NCBI RefSeq assembly: GCF_018350175.1
Contig: NC_058368.1
Location: 166,968,001 to 167,032,000 of the forward strand
Length of the DNA: 64,000 nucleotides
Direction: 5' to 3'
From: Felis catus
Taxonomy: Eukaryota
Part shown: one piece after another, positions 39,597 to 53,190 of the stretch
Numbering within the stretch: the stretch's first letter is position 1
Layout of the letters: each line of letters opens with the position of its first letter
Notes under the pieces: model-generated
What the model saw: the letters and a program-made list of their open reading frames with translations, nothing else
Told to the model about the DNA's origin: nothing
Databases searched by the model: none
Program-made: the position numbers and the translations under genes

Positions 39597-40067
39597 AGGG
39601 CCACAGAAATATTAAGTGTTATTACATTTAAATTAATCTCCATGCACTGAATATTCTAAATAAGAAGGTTATATAGATTTTCCCCCAAAGAAAAAGCCAG
39701 ATCCAAACGATATGGCATTTTTGGCTTTAAAATTATTCCTCAGCTGGACTAGAATAGACTACTGTTTAGTTTTGTTTTGCCTTACAGATATCACCCTAAT
39801 AAAACAAGAGGCCACATTGTGAGCAACATTACAAAGAAATTTTATGATTCCTAGACAGATTTTTCTTCACAGTATTTGCATAATCTTAAAATGCAAGAAA
39901 TTGTTGAGGAAAACACTGGATAACAAAAGTGGTAGAGTACTCAACACATTTACAGGAATGATTTAGAGTCATTCCTATCTTAACTGTATTACAGATTTTG
40001 GATTGTAGACATAGTGCATCATAACTGAATATGCATTAAGGCCAAGATGGGAAAGATTTTCCTAGGG

Positions 40068-40230
40068 CAGTGCTTCTCAAAGCATCATCTTTGGGTGATG
40101 CATAGCATTTCCAGAGAAGTTGTTAAAATACTAATTCTACAGCCTGACCTAGTGTATCAGATACTCAAAGGGTGAGTTCCAACAATCTCTCCAGGGGATT
40201 CTGTGTTCACTAAAGTTTGAAAAACACTAT
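40068..40230. mobile_element. MER5A-like hAT MITE
   Basis: cagtgcttctcaaa...aagtttgaaaaacact terminal inverted repeats; ctccaggggattct core. Confidence 0.7.
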
Positions 40231-40405
40231 GCCAGTGAAGTGCCTACACATGCATCTATCTTCTAAGATGTAATGTAATCTTCTTGTGAATAATGATAGC
40301 CTTTTGTAAAAAATAAACTGATTTATGCATTCATTCATCAGTCATTTATTGACTACCCACTTGGTGCCAGGGACTGTGGTAGGCATAATGAAACAGAGAA
40401 AGACA

Positions 40406-40407
<2 letters not shown>

Positions 40408-40447
<40 letters not shown>
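40408..40447. repeat. (GA)n microsatellite followed by a purine-rich tract
   Basis: seen directly. Confidence 0.95.
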
Positions 40448-40450
<3 letters not shown>

Positions 40451-41027
40451 AGAAGGAGGGAGGGAGGGAAGAAGGAAGAGAGAGAGAGCCAGAGAAGGAC
40501 AGAGGAAAGGAGAGAGAGGAAGGGAATAACTGAACTGGAGTGATAGCAGAGAAAGGAAGTGGATAAATTTGAAAGTATAGCCCAAGTTAATGGTATCTAA
40601 TTCTTTGTCATACTAAAGAGTTTCCAGCTAACTCTAATTGAGGCAAAGTCAGAGGATAGTTTGTTTTTCCTGCCATGTATCGTCACTTAGTTAGCCACAA
40701 CTTTACCACTGCTGATAGCAAAGATGAGCATGAAAATGTGTGAATAGTGCTTTTCCTAGATTCTTAGACCTGATCCATCATAATGATAAAGCAGTTCTTT
40801 ATCTGAAAGCTTAGCCAATTGCTCCAAAACCAGAGAGAATCTAAGTGAGAGAGGTATGTACTCTTACTCATTTTACCAGCAAAAAAGTACCTCACCACCA
40901 GAAATTTTGGATTAAATGTTGTGTGAATGCTCCCTAAGCCTTCCAACAGGTCCCAAACAGATATTCCTTCATTTTCTGACTTTCTCCCGTTCTTCTTACT
41001 TCCTATAGTCCATTTCTTTCTTTGTAC

Positions 41028-41237
41028 TTTTTTTAAGTTTATTTATTTATCTTGAGAGACAGAGGGTGTGTGCACACAAGCGGGTGAGGAGCAGAGAGAG
41101 GGAGAGAGAATCTCAAGCAGGCTGCACACTGTCAGCACAGAACCTCACACAGGGCTCAATGGCACAAACCGTCAGATCATGACCTGAGCTGAAACCAAGA
41201 GTCAGATGCTTGAGCAACTGAGCCACCCTGGTGTCCC
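41028..41237 (-). mobile_element. Can-SINE
   Basis: TSD agtccatttctttct at 41007 and 41238. Confidence 0.94.
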
Positions 41238-41635
41238 AGTCCATTTCTTTCTAGTAATCCCCTGAACACATATGCCTGGTGCTTAAACCCAGAGAAATTC
41301 GGCAGACCACCTAGTGCCAGTCCAGGAGTCCATAGGACTAATGGCCATGAGAATGCCTAGGGCCTATGTTCTTTGTAATTTGCAATGTAGTGTTCAAATG
41401 TAGCCTTTCTTTACCCATCTTCAACTGTTTAGAAAAATTCTGTCACACCACAGCCTTGTTATGTTGGTGCCTGAATGGTTTCTTGTGTTTAGCAAAGCTA
41501 TGACTGGTAATACTGACTTACGTAGAGGAGATCAGAGCTTGGTTCATTGCTCTGCTAACAAAAGATTACATCTTGAGAAGGATGAGACTAACAGGATTCC
41601 CCAGCAATGGTCTAGGTAAGAGATAATGGTGGCTG

Positions 41636-41825
41636 CAGCACCTGGGTGGCTCAGTCGGTTGAGCGTCTGACTCTTGACTTTAGCTCAGGTCATGATCTCA
41701 TAGTTCATGAGTTTGAGCCCCACGTCGGGCTCTGCATTGACAGTGCAGAACATGCTTGGGATTCCCTCTCTCTCTCCCTTTCTCTCTGCCTCACTCTCAA
41801 GATAAATAAATAAACTTTAAAAGAA
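41636..41825 (+). mobile_element. Can-SINE
   Basis: cacctgggtggctcagtcggttgagcgtctgactcttg...aaataaataaactttaaaa. Confidence 0.92.
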
Positions 41826-42996
41826 AGAGAGAGAGAGAGAAAGTCCCCTGGACACTCTCACTGGCCATCACCAACAAAGAGACATTGGAACGTCTCTAGA
41901 AAACCTTATTATTTTAAGTACCATACAGACATACCACATGCAGAAAGTGGGTTGAAACATTGAAAGGCAGAGGACAAAGGCAAAAAATGAGATACAAGGT
42001 CAATCTCACTGCCTCCAGACAACACATGCCACCACAGTATCTTGGAGAGATTTCTTTGCTGATTCTGAGAAATCTCTTAGTATATACAGAGCACTATCTT
42101 TCTTAACAGGAATTTTCCTCACTTATGTGGTCAAGATATTTATTTTAATAATTAATGCTATTTTGATTTGCAAATAATAATTGCTTTAGCAGCTATGCTG
42201 AAGTAATCTACTTGTACAGAAAGAGAAAATCCACTACTTTTCTGTTTGTTTGTTTTCTTTAGATTTTATGAGGGAATATGTATGTATGGCTTGTATATAC
42301 TGTTACATATATCATGACTCCCTGTATGTCTAGTCCTATTTCCTCAGTAGAACCCCAGACTAGGATAATAGTATCTTTAACTTTCTATATAACATCTCTA
42401 CTTAGATGTACAAGACATCTCAATCTTAATATAGCCAAAAAGACATAAACTCAAGAATAAATAAGTAAGACTTCATTATCCCTTCATATTTGCTCTTCTC
42501 CTAATTGTCCCCACTTAGCAAATGGCAGCATAAACCATGTAGTTGCTCAAATAAAAATCTAGACGTTTTCTTTAATTCTTTTTTGTTCTCTTTCTTTCCC
42601 CTTCATCTAGTCTATCAAGTTTTAAAGTACCACATTTAAAAAGATATCCCTGAAAAGGTCCAATTCCAATCCAAGTCACTGCCATCTCTCTCTGGGATTA
42701 TTACAGTGGCATACTGATAGCGCCCCTCCCCCCCCCCCCAACCTTCTCTATTCTTTCTGCCTATACTCCATTCTCTACCCAGAAGCTGAAGTGGTACTTT
42801 TGAGGAAAAAAGGAAAATCACATCATGCCGCTGCCTTGCTTAAAACATCCCAATAATTTCTAAATTCACTTTGAATAACAACCAAATGTCTCTCTTTGTT
42901 TTACAAAGACCTATATAATATAGTTTCTCTCTATCCTGATGGTGCTGTCCTTCACATTCACCACACTGCCCACTTCTTACTCACTATACTCTAGCC

Positions 42997-43198
42997 CTGT
43001 GCTGTCCAGTGGTAGCCACTAGTTACACGTGGCTATTTCAACTTCAATTTAAAACCATTAAACTTGAATAAAATTTAAAACTCAGATCCTCATTTCCTCA
43101 AGTTACATTCCAAGTGTCTACCAGACACATGTGACTAACAGCTACCATATTGGACAGCTCAGAGATTGCTATAATTGCAGTTCTATTGCATGGTGAGA
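42997..43198. mobile_element. MER3-like hAT-Charlie MITE
   Basis: gtgctgtcca...gtagccactagttacacgtggctattt...gctaccatattggacagc. Confidence 0.75.
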
Positions 43199-43353
43199 CT
43201 CCAGACAAAGTAGTTCCCCTCCCCAATTTCTTGAATATGCCAGATTTATTCCCACCACAAATTCTTCATCCCTTCCCTTCTTTCTCCATGAGTTGCTCCC
43301 ACCCAATCTGTGTATATAGTTCCATTTCATTTATATCTCATTGTAAATGTCAT

Positions 43354-43714
43354 TGCTGTGAACTAAATATTTATATCCTCCCAACATTCATATATTGAAG
43401 CTCTAATCCCTAGTGTGTTGGCATTTTAAGGTGAGGCTTTTGGCCTTTGGTAATTAAGTCAGGAGAATGGAGCCCCCTCATAAAGGGATTAGTGCCATAT
43501 AAAAAGAGATACCAAAGAAATGATCTCTTTCTCTTTGAGGACACAAAAGGAAGGAAACATCTGTGAACCAGGAAGAGGATTCTCAGCATATACCTAATAT
43601 GCTGGCACCTTTATCTTGGATATCCCAACATCTAGAATTATGAGAAATAAATGTGTGTTGTTTAAGCCACCCAGTCTATGGTAATTTGTTACAGAGCCTA
43701 AGCTGACTAAGAAA
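43354..43714 (+). mobile_element. MaLR solo LTR (MLT1A-like)
   Basis: aacattcatatattgaagctctaatcc...gttgtttaagccacccagtctatggtaatttgttacag...ctgactaaga; 5-bp TSD gtcat/gccat. Confidence 0.88.
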
Positions 43715-44569
43715 GCCATTTTCCCAGACCACTTAGTCTATAGTCACCAGCAAGATATTCCCTTTATATGACTCAAACTTTCTCCATTGCATTTGTGGTT
43801 ATGTCGTATTTCTCTTGATCATTTTTTGTTTCTTTGTTGCCTCTCTCACCAGCATGTACACTTCCTGGCACTGAGACTTCATCTGTCTGTGTTCACTGCT
43901 ATATCACTTAGACTAGTGTCTGGCAAGTAATAGGCATTCAGTAAATACTTTAAAACCTTGGATTGTGACCAACGTGTTCTTCAAGTATTCCACAAGATTA
44001 GCAAACATTTCTAATAAATTTTAACTTGATAAATGAGCAATGTCTTGCAATATGAATAGTGCATGATGCCGAACGTCACATGACACAACTGACCCAGTGG
44101 TTCTTCTCTCTCTCTCTTGCTGCAAGATTGTGGGTAATCGTCTCCCATGCTCAGATACTTGGTCTCAGGCCACAGTGTCTGGCAGAAATCAGTGATTTTT
44201 CAGAACATTGGAAGGTGCACTAGTGTATTTTTTATCACTTCAAAGCACCTATGGACAGTCCTTTACCCTTCCGTACAAGAGTAAGCTTAGGAATGCTTTG
44301 CCACATTCTAAGTCAGTCTGCCTATAGACCCTTTTCTCTGCTGCCTTATTGCCAGTTACATTAAATACAGTATATGACAAGAGCTTATTAATACTGTATT
44401 GTAGTCAACATCTATGCAGGCATGTACAAAGGCCCCCGTGCAAGAAAAGATTCTACTGAGCCAATAGATTACAGTGACTCTGTTATTGATAGTGAAAGTC
44501 GTCCTACACAATAACCCTTTTCTCTCTTGTCTCACTCACACTAGCCACAAAGGTTTTCAAAGGTAAGCA

Positions 44570-44790
44570 CAGGTAAATTTGTATATTTTTATTTATATTT
44601 TATATTTTCTTTATTATTTTGTATTGTATTACAGAATTGTAATCATTTTTATATGAATATTTTTGGGTTGTGGAACGAATCATCTGAATTTCCATTATTT
44701 CTTATGGGGAAATTCACTTTGATATACAAGTGCTTTGGATTACAAGCATGTTTCCGGAATGAATTATACTCGTAAACCAAGGTTTTACTG
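44570..44790. mobile_element. TcMar-Tigger family fragment (one terminus)
   Basis: ends ...gaattatactcgtaaaccaaggttttactg|ta, a Tigger-type terminal repeat followed by a TA target. Confidence 0.65.
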
Positions 44791-46036
44791 TACTTACAGA
44801 AAGAAGGGAGGTAAAGGAGAAAATATGCTACTATTCACAGTATATATTAATTTCAGTATATTAATATTTAGAAGAAAACTTCTCACAGAAATAAAATGTA
44901 TGCACTTAACGTACACAACAATGAATTCAGTACATTCATTTTAAACTAAATTTAAAGTCGAATGCCCATTTCCTAGCTCTGCTTCTATCTTGGACGTATC
45001 ACTTCTCATCTAAGGGCCCCATCTTAGTTAGAAAAGAAGGTATTCAGACTGGAGTTAAAAGATTTCTTACAGCTCTAAGCTCCATGTTCTTATGAAGATA
45101 TTGAATTCAGGAGAAATATTCAATCCTTTCCAAGTTTTCTAGAAAATACCTGTTCATGTACCTTTTCTAATTCTGTGAATATTTTCTTTGAATTTTTTAA
45201 TGGTGCTTTAAATTATCATCAGATTGCATGGTCTTAGGCTGCCTAGATGTTCATAAAGTAAAATTTAAAAAAAATCTCAGAATATTAGAGAAAGTTTTGC
45301 TGTAAAGAAACTGAGCTAGCCATTCAATTCAAATTTAGGAACACATCTACATAAGGGTATCAAATTAACCACAACCAAATTGATTATTAAGCAAGCGATC
45401 AGATAAAATTAAAACAACCAAGACTCTTACACCGTTTTGCTATAGGCATGTCAAGTCCTATAGATAAGGCAAAAGAGCCAGGTGAAAACAACCTTATTTG
45501 ATGAAAACTCCCATTATAAGTTTCTAAGTGTGGATTTTATAAGTAAGATCTGCCTTGTACTACACCGTAGTACACATTTTGCCATAAAATATGCAAAATG
45601 TAAATTAAGTATGTATGTAGTGCATAATTTTTAAAGTCTTATAAAAAGTCTGCTTGATAAAATGAGGCTAGCATTTTGTTTGCTATGCTTACCAACATGC
45701 CATTTTCCTTCTTCGTGATAGTATATTTTTTTTATTTCGCTAAACTGAAAAGTTACTTTGATTTTCTTTCTCTTAAAATTTCAAGATTTGCTCTAAATAA
45801 TAATGTAAGAGGCTCAGCAAACATAAAGCGTGGTAAGAAATGGCCATAATTATGTCTGCTTCCTATGTTACTTTTAGTACTAAAACTAACAATTTGAGTT
45901 CATTATTAGTTATCAAACTATAAAACTTTCACTACCAGAAAAAAAAAATTTTAAGTGTGGAAGCCACACCATTGTTTGATGTCTTATTGTTCAAACAGAA
46001 GACATTTGAAGCAACATAGGTTTGAAGAACATAGTT

Positions 46037-46250
46037 GGGGGTGCCTGGGTGGCTCAGTCGGTTAAGCATATGACTTTCACTCAGATCATGATCTCACAGT
46101 TCGTGGTTCCACCCCCGCATTGGGCTCTGTGCTGACAGCTCAGAGCCTGGAGCCTGTTTTGGATTCTGTGTATCCCTCTCTCTCTACCCCTCCCCTGCTC
46201 GCTCTCTCTCTCTCTCTCTCTCTCAAATAAATAAACATTATTTTTTTTTT
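46037..46250 (+). mobile_element. Can-SINE
   Basis: TSD tttgaagaaca(t/c)agt. Confidence 0.95.
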
Positions 46251-48598
46251 TTGAAGAACACAGTCAGGCTTTAATGTGTATGGTCTTTTTTGGAGATAAT
46301 GTATTAAGAGAGGCAAATTCTCCAAGGAAACTACTTAGAAGAGCACCCATGTCACAAAACACAAAAAGGGTCCACTCTGGTTAGACTCCATGCAATTCAT
46401 TCATACGAAGAATTTCTTAAACAGAGGTAAGCCAAGGTTTTATCATATTCCTTCTTGTTTCATCCCCAGGACTTAAGACATCACACTAAATATTACATGA
46501 ACTACAAATGTTTAAGTAATCAATATTTTTTAAAGAAATGAAGTAAAATAACACGCGATTGCCTTTTTAGGTAAAATTCCATGAGTTCAATAAAACTTGT
46601 GTCCATTCATAAAACTTCTCTTAATTTCTCATGTCCCTCTTAGGCAATTGTGAAAGAGGCTCAGTCTATTTTCAGAAAGAAACGTGGGTGGCATCCTTCA
46701 GTGCAGTGTCTTCAAATAAAACATAGTGATGAGATAAGAAATATCTTCATATCCAAACTGCTGAATAAGGGCAACCTCCAAAGGCAGGGGAAGGCCCAGA
46801 CTGCCGAAGATAGCTTGTTACTGGAACATTGTAATACTTGAGATTTACTGCTTATTAAAATGCAAAAGGCCATTACTTCCCCAAGAACAAATTTTGTGAA
46901 CAGAGATGAACCTAGGAAGCTTTTAGCCCATTTCCTGAATCATAAACAAAGAGCTCCATACACAGCAACTCTATGAGATGTAAAGGGGAGTGTATTATAT
47001 GATCCTTATTGGATTACTCAAAGCCTCAGCGAAGCTCCCTTCAGAAGTGATATAAATCAAAGCTAACTGCTTCCATAGAAAAGCAATCAAGTTTTTAAGA
47101 GAATATCTTTGTTCCTGAGGTTGCACAGTAAGATTTAGATGCTTCTATTAGGACCTTTGCTAGGGAGCATACTTAAGTAATTATAAAAATTCAGCCTGGA
47201 AAAACACCTGGACGTAATTCCAAGAGAATTATATCTTTTGGTTTCAAGTTTTGCATACTTTATGAAAGTATGTCCCTATCCACCTTCTGAAAACACACAC
47301 ATACACATACACACACACATCTCCTTGAATATTGCAAATTAGTATCTTAAATGCTAAATTTTCCACACTTTAGTATTATTATCTGGTTTAAAACAAGTGC
47401 ATTTTACGTGCTTCTAGAAAGAAACAACCCCCTAATAGAGCTTACATTTTGGGAAAAAAATATTAAACCAAAAGAAAACTTATCTTTTGGAATATTGGGG
47501 AAGATGTTTAAAAATGTGAAATCATTCCCTCTCCAGAATCTCGTATTAATCAACATATGGTTCCACAGACTTACTGAGAGATGTCTTTAAAATGAGACAA
47601 AACAATAGTGACATCCTGGCTAAAAATAATTTGCTGCAAGATGTAAAAGTCCTCAGGGGGTCGATGAAAAGGCTTTCATTTTCTTCTCTATCATTGCCTT
47701 GAGGTCAGATATTTAACGATGCTCCCGATTTAAAAGCACATGCAAATCTTACATTCTTTTGAAGCTGACTTTTGCCACTTAGAATAGTAACAATCATTTT
47801 CTAGAACTGCAAGTTAAAAGAATTGGTTTTATTTGTTGTTTGCTTTGAGAATCAGAGCAAATCAAAACACCTTCCTAATTTTGTCTTTTTCAGAAAATAT
47901 ATCTGCAAAATTAGATAGATACTTCCCCCTTTAGGAAATCTCCAGGAATGAATATCATTCAAGAAATACTTGAAAAGTATTTCTAGACCACTATTTTTGT
48001 ACCTATGACTATGCTAGATTATGGAAAAAGCAAAATAACCACATGGCAAAGTTTGTGGCATCAAGGAGCCTGAGGTTTAGCAGACCAAGATAACATCTAA
48101 GAATATGAAACTAATATAAGTAATAAACATGTGTTAAATTCTATGGCAAGATTATAGGTGTCCTAAGAATTCAGAGACATGGATTATCAATGGAACTTAT
48201 CAGGGTTGGAGAATCTTGTGAAGAAAATACATCCTAACTCGGGCAGAGGAATTTGGACTAGATAAATTGTTCAGGGTAATTGAAGGTTTTTAACAGGGGA
48301 GTGACAGGTAAAACCAACAGTGGAGGAAAATTTATCTTCGACTGCAGGAAAATTGTATCAGTATGCAAGAACTCTTAGATGATAGAGGAAGGTAAGCCAG
48401 CTAGAAGCCCAACACATTACCTCAGAAACAATGTGATAAAGGCCTGGGCTATGAGGTGGGTTGTGGAAGTAGGAAAGTGACATTCGGAAGAAAAACTCAA
48501 TTGGTCTTTGTAACTAAGTGGAAATAGTAGAGAGGAATTGTTACTTAGAATGTATACTACAAGGGTTAACAATCAGACACTCATAAAACATAATAACC

Positions 48599-49085
48599 GG
48601 TCTTAGTCTGTGTTCTCCTGAAAACACAGCCTGAGACAAGGGCAAGGGATGCAAATCACTTATTTGGGAGAAATTCCCAGGAAAGAAAAGTGAGGAAGTG
48701 CAGAGAGAGGTAGGGGAAGGAGAAAAGCCACTTACAGGTACCTTTAATGCACTTTAATGAACAAATATAAGGCTCAGTCCCGATGAGGACCTTCAAAGAG
48801 ACCACAACTAGCATGTTTCAGAATTGTTCCACCAGAAGCTGGGGAAGCTAGGAACTTCATCTACTTGCACACCGCTGGTTGAGGGCTGCTTCCGGTGGCA
48901 TCATCTTCCCCATACTTCTGAGTTGGACCTGCGTATGGGTTAATCAGCCTCTTCTCCTCAGAGAAAGCCTTGAGCAGCAAAGCAGAGAGATTCAGGGTGC
49001 AGACCAAAAGTGCTGCACTAGCAGTGGCACTTTATAACCACAGATGCACTACAATCAGGTCGGGACACAGAATGTCACACAGCGT
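48599..49085 (-). mobile_element. Old MaLR LTR (MLT1 family)
   Basis: gtcttagtctgtgttctcctgaaaacacagcctgagacaagg...cacttatttgggag. Confidence 0.6.
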
Positions 49086-52000
49086 GCCGTTGCTATAATC
49101 ACACATGCACTCAAACGTGTCAAACAAGGATACCACATAAAAGAAGCTGCAGAGAGATATGGAGCTTAGTTATTATTAACAACTCAAGTTCGGGACTCAA
49201 CTTGGCTAGGAGTTCAGTGTTGTCCTCTGTGAGACATTGGATAAGTTACTTCTTCTAAACTTCCTCAGTTATGAAAAGTCAATGAGTTAATGCATGCAAA
49301 ATAATTATCCCAGTGGAAAAAAAATCCCCCAAAATATTGGGTCTCAGAAATAATTTTTTAATTGGAATTCCTAGGAAATTTGCAAAACAAACGGGGAGGA
49401 CAAATTAGTAGCAATTCTCAGTATAGGACACAGCAAAATTGAAATCGCATTTTGGTATGCATTTTTATTCAATGACGAGATCGCTGGTGGCCCTAATTAA
49501 GGTATTTAATAAAGCTCTGAAATAATACTAGCAAAGAATGTGCCTAAGAGCTGAATACCACCTCATCCAATTAAAATCTTCACTTTCACCAAACTATAGT
49601 AAAGAATCCTTCCACAGCCACTGCTCCTTGTCACTGATCTCTGATAAATGCTCTGGTTTCCCTACAACACTTCACAGGCAGTGCAACGGTGTTCCTTCCA
49701 AGAGGGTGAGCTGCTGTCAGCACCAACCAAGATAGTGGTTATTCTGCAAACACATGCAGTCCTCCTGACATACCTTCTCTGACTTTCAGACTTGACAGAG
49801 GTATACTGTTCAATCCAGGTGTGACAAATGCATGCCCTTAGTTCTATCATTCACACCCACCTGCATCAGATAGTGCTAAGGTAACAAATTTTAAGACCAA
49901 CTAAAAAGGAATCTGTTTGCATGATCTTGGTCAATGTCCACTTCTGCCTTTATTCATTATGAGTCTCAAAGTTGGTGGGTTCTATAGAGGTACTACAATA
50001 GGTCAACAGCAGGATTCCCAGAGAAGTATGTATAGACACATAAAAAATTAGGTCCAGAACATAGACCCATAAAATTTTAAGTCTAGAAATGACCTAAGAC
50101 ATCCAGATTTTTCATTATAAAGAAACAGAATCAAATGTGTTAAATTATTTGCTCATGGTCATGCACAGATCCAGCACCAGATAGACTGTACTGACCCCAT
50201 TCTGTATCTTCTTCTGCCCTTTAAAGTCTTATCTCCCAAGTTGAACCACAGATTTCTACAGGGCACTGGACGGCTGTAAAAGCTAGATTAAAAAGACTAA
50301 CAAAATGGCAGTAATAACAATAATGTGCCAACTACTATTTTACAATTAATTGCTAAATATTAGCAGAGATGACAGATATTTCACATATTCATTCCACAAC
50401 TACTTATTGTGTGCCTATTATGTCAGATGCCATGAGAAGTAGCAGTGAATAAGAAAGTTACAGTCTCTGAAATCTATTTTAATGATTATATTCATATAAT
50501 GATGTAGTATTATGATTATACTCATATAACTGTGTACCATGTACAAGTCCGTGTCCTTCAGATGAGAACGTAAATGAACAAAGATCATCAGATTTGAAAT
50601 TATATGCACCAATGTGTCTACTATATAGGCTTTTCCAGGCAAACCTGCATGGCCATACAATAGAGGAAATTTGATGACATGATTTTGACAATTTGGTCAA
50701 TATTTAAAGTATGGGCTATCCCAAATTTGTTTTATAAAGGTTGTATAGAGCTACATTATGCCAAACAACATTTGAATTTATGGTCCTTTAGAAATTTTAT
50801 TTTTGAAAAAATACAATGTTATTTTTAAGATTATTTCTGAACTTAAAGCCCTGTACAAATAAGAAAATGTTTTCTTTGGTAAAATTAAAATCTAAAGTGA
50901 AATGGGCCTATAATGGTTCTAAATATATGTCGTATTAAGAGGTTTTTAATTTTAAATCAATTACCAGTGTTTCAGTGAGCTCTTTTTCATATGTGGAAGT
51001 TGTAGAAAGATATTAGAATTTTCTTTCCTTTTGGGCAAGAGAAGTTTAATAAGAGCATTTGTTAAACACTGCAGGAAAAAAAACTAAGTCAAAAATAATT
51101 TTGACTTTTCTAAGTTCTTTTAAAATAGAAACAGTCTAGGAATCATTCGTAAGAGCAGAGTGAATAGTGTTCTGCTTCCTTTTTTTTTTGTATATTCATG
51201 ATCATTTGCCTTAATGATTTTCTAAAATACAAGTGACTCATCATAAAACCTGGAAAATAATTGTTGAAACTTAGTAGATGTAAACATGCATTTCGTGTTA
51301 TGTGTTGAACGCGATCAATAATCCCAACAATGTGACTTTTGAAATCTTTTTATATATTTTTAACCTATTTCAAGGTGCAATGCAACAGGCTTCTTTTGAT
51401 CTTACAATGCAACCCCTGGGTATACTGAACAAGTCTTGCTGACTTGGGAGTTAATGCTTACTCTAGAGGAAGGAAGGGGTACTTTACTTATAAAAAGCCC
51501 TGAATATTCCCTACAGCTTTCCACTGGACAAAGCCAAACTATTCCATATAGCTTATCATGTAAATGCTTCCTTTGCTTTGGGATACACTAACAATAAATC
51601 TTGATTAAATATTAAAGATGAAGCAATTTATGATACTTAACCACTTCTAACCAATCAGGGCTTTTCTCAGTAAAGGTGAACCCAGACGCTTCTTTTGGAG
51701 GAAGAGGGATGGAAGTGTGTTTTATATAACAAAAAATAAATAAAAATTAAGGATTGAAAAGAATAGAGAGAGTTGGTGCATGAAATTGAAGAACTTCGTT
51801 TATTTAGTAGGAAACAGATAATAAGGGTATTTTATGAATAAATTTATGCCAACAAATTTGAGAGATAAGAGGAAGTGGTCATATTCTTTGAAAGACACAA
51901 ATTATCTAAACTGATACAAGAAAAAAATAGAAAATCTATATATTTCTACATTTGTATTAAAAAATATCTTTACAATTAAAGCATTTCTAGAGGGAAAATT

Positions 52001-52693
52001 CCAGGGAATAAAGGTTTAAAAGGTGAATTCTATCAAGCATTTCATGAAGAAATAATACTAACACATTAACTATTTCAAAATATAAAAGGTGAAAGAATGC
52101 TTCACAAAATCAGAATCCTGGTGCCACAAACTGACAAGCACTGACATGAAAATGAACGTAGACACAAAAAATCTTGATGTAATATTAGCAAAAAAAAAAA
52201 AAATTCAGCAACATGTAAAAAGGATAGCATCACACAGCAAAGTGCGGTTAATCCCAGAAGTACAAAGTTCAATATACAAAAAAAATCAATTAATCAACTA
52301 AAATAATTTATTGCCATCACAGAATAAAGGAAAAAAATGCTCATCTCAATCAGTACAGAAAAATGACTTACCAATATACAACTCTACAGCAAAAATTAAT
52401 GATTTAAAATCTCAGCAAGCCAGAAATAGAAGGAAACCTCCTCAGTAAGATGAAAGGTATCAGTGAAAATCTACAGTTGGCACCACACTTAATGGTGAAA
52501 TATTGAATGTGTTCCTCATAAGATAGAGAAAAGGCAAAGATATTCACATCTACTACTTCTATGTAACAATCTACTAGAATGAGCTCACAATGCAATAAAG
52601 ACCAGTAATAAAAGCATAACATTTGAAAAGGAAGAAGTAAAATTCTCTTCGTTCAGAGACAATAAGGTTGTTGACATAAAAAATTCTAAGTAA

Positions 52694-52887
52694 TTTTTTT
52701 TTTTTTTTAGAGAGACAGAGACAGCGCAAGTGGGGGAAGAGCAGAGAGAGAAGGAAAGAGACAAATCCCAAACAGACTCTACACTGCCAGTGTAGAGCCC
52801 GATTCTCAAATCCACAAACCTGTGAGATCATGACCGAGCCAAAACCAGGAGTCAGACACTTAACCAACTGAGCCACCCAGGCGCCCC
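52694..52887 (-). mobile_element. Can-SINE in old L1
   Basis: TSD attctaagtaatttttt on both sides. Confidence 0.94.
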
Positions 52888-52977
52888 AAAGATTCTAAGT
52901 AATTTTTTAAAAAAATACTAGAACCAATAAATTTAACAAGATCACCAATATGTCAATATTTCAAAAATCAATTCTAA

Positions 52978-53127
52978 GGGGTACCTGGGTGGCTCAGTTG
53001 GTTAAGAGTCCAAATTTGGCTTAGGTCATGATCTCACAGTTCATGAGTTCCAGCCCTCACGTCCAGCTTTGTGCTTAACAGCTCAGAGCCTGGAGCCTGC
53101 TTTGGATTCTGTGTCTTCCACTCACGC

Positions 53128-53164
<37 letters not shown>

Positions 53165-53190
53165 GAAATAAATAAACATTAAAATTTTTT
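52978..53190 (+). mobile_element. Can-SINE in old L1
   Basis: ggggtacctgggtggctcagttggttaag; TSD-like aaaa(t)caattcta. Confidence 0.93.

Larger units (their letters stand above)
42330..43950 (+). mobile_element. L2 LINE remnant interrupted by MER3 and an MLT1A LTR
   Basis: catctctacttagatgt...catctcaatcttaatat; ctgccttgcttaaaacatcccaataatttc; 3' end gtgtctggcaagtaataggcattcagtaaata. Confidence 0.7.

Noticed and set aside
50479..50700. Minus-strand ORFs and possible exon (FAWKSLYSRHIGAYNFK...)
   Set aside because: The donor is weak, the protein is unrecognised, and the repeated YEYNH comes from a local 30-bp tandem duplication.
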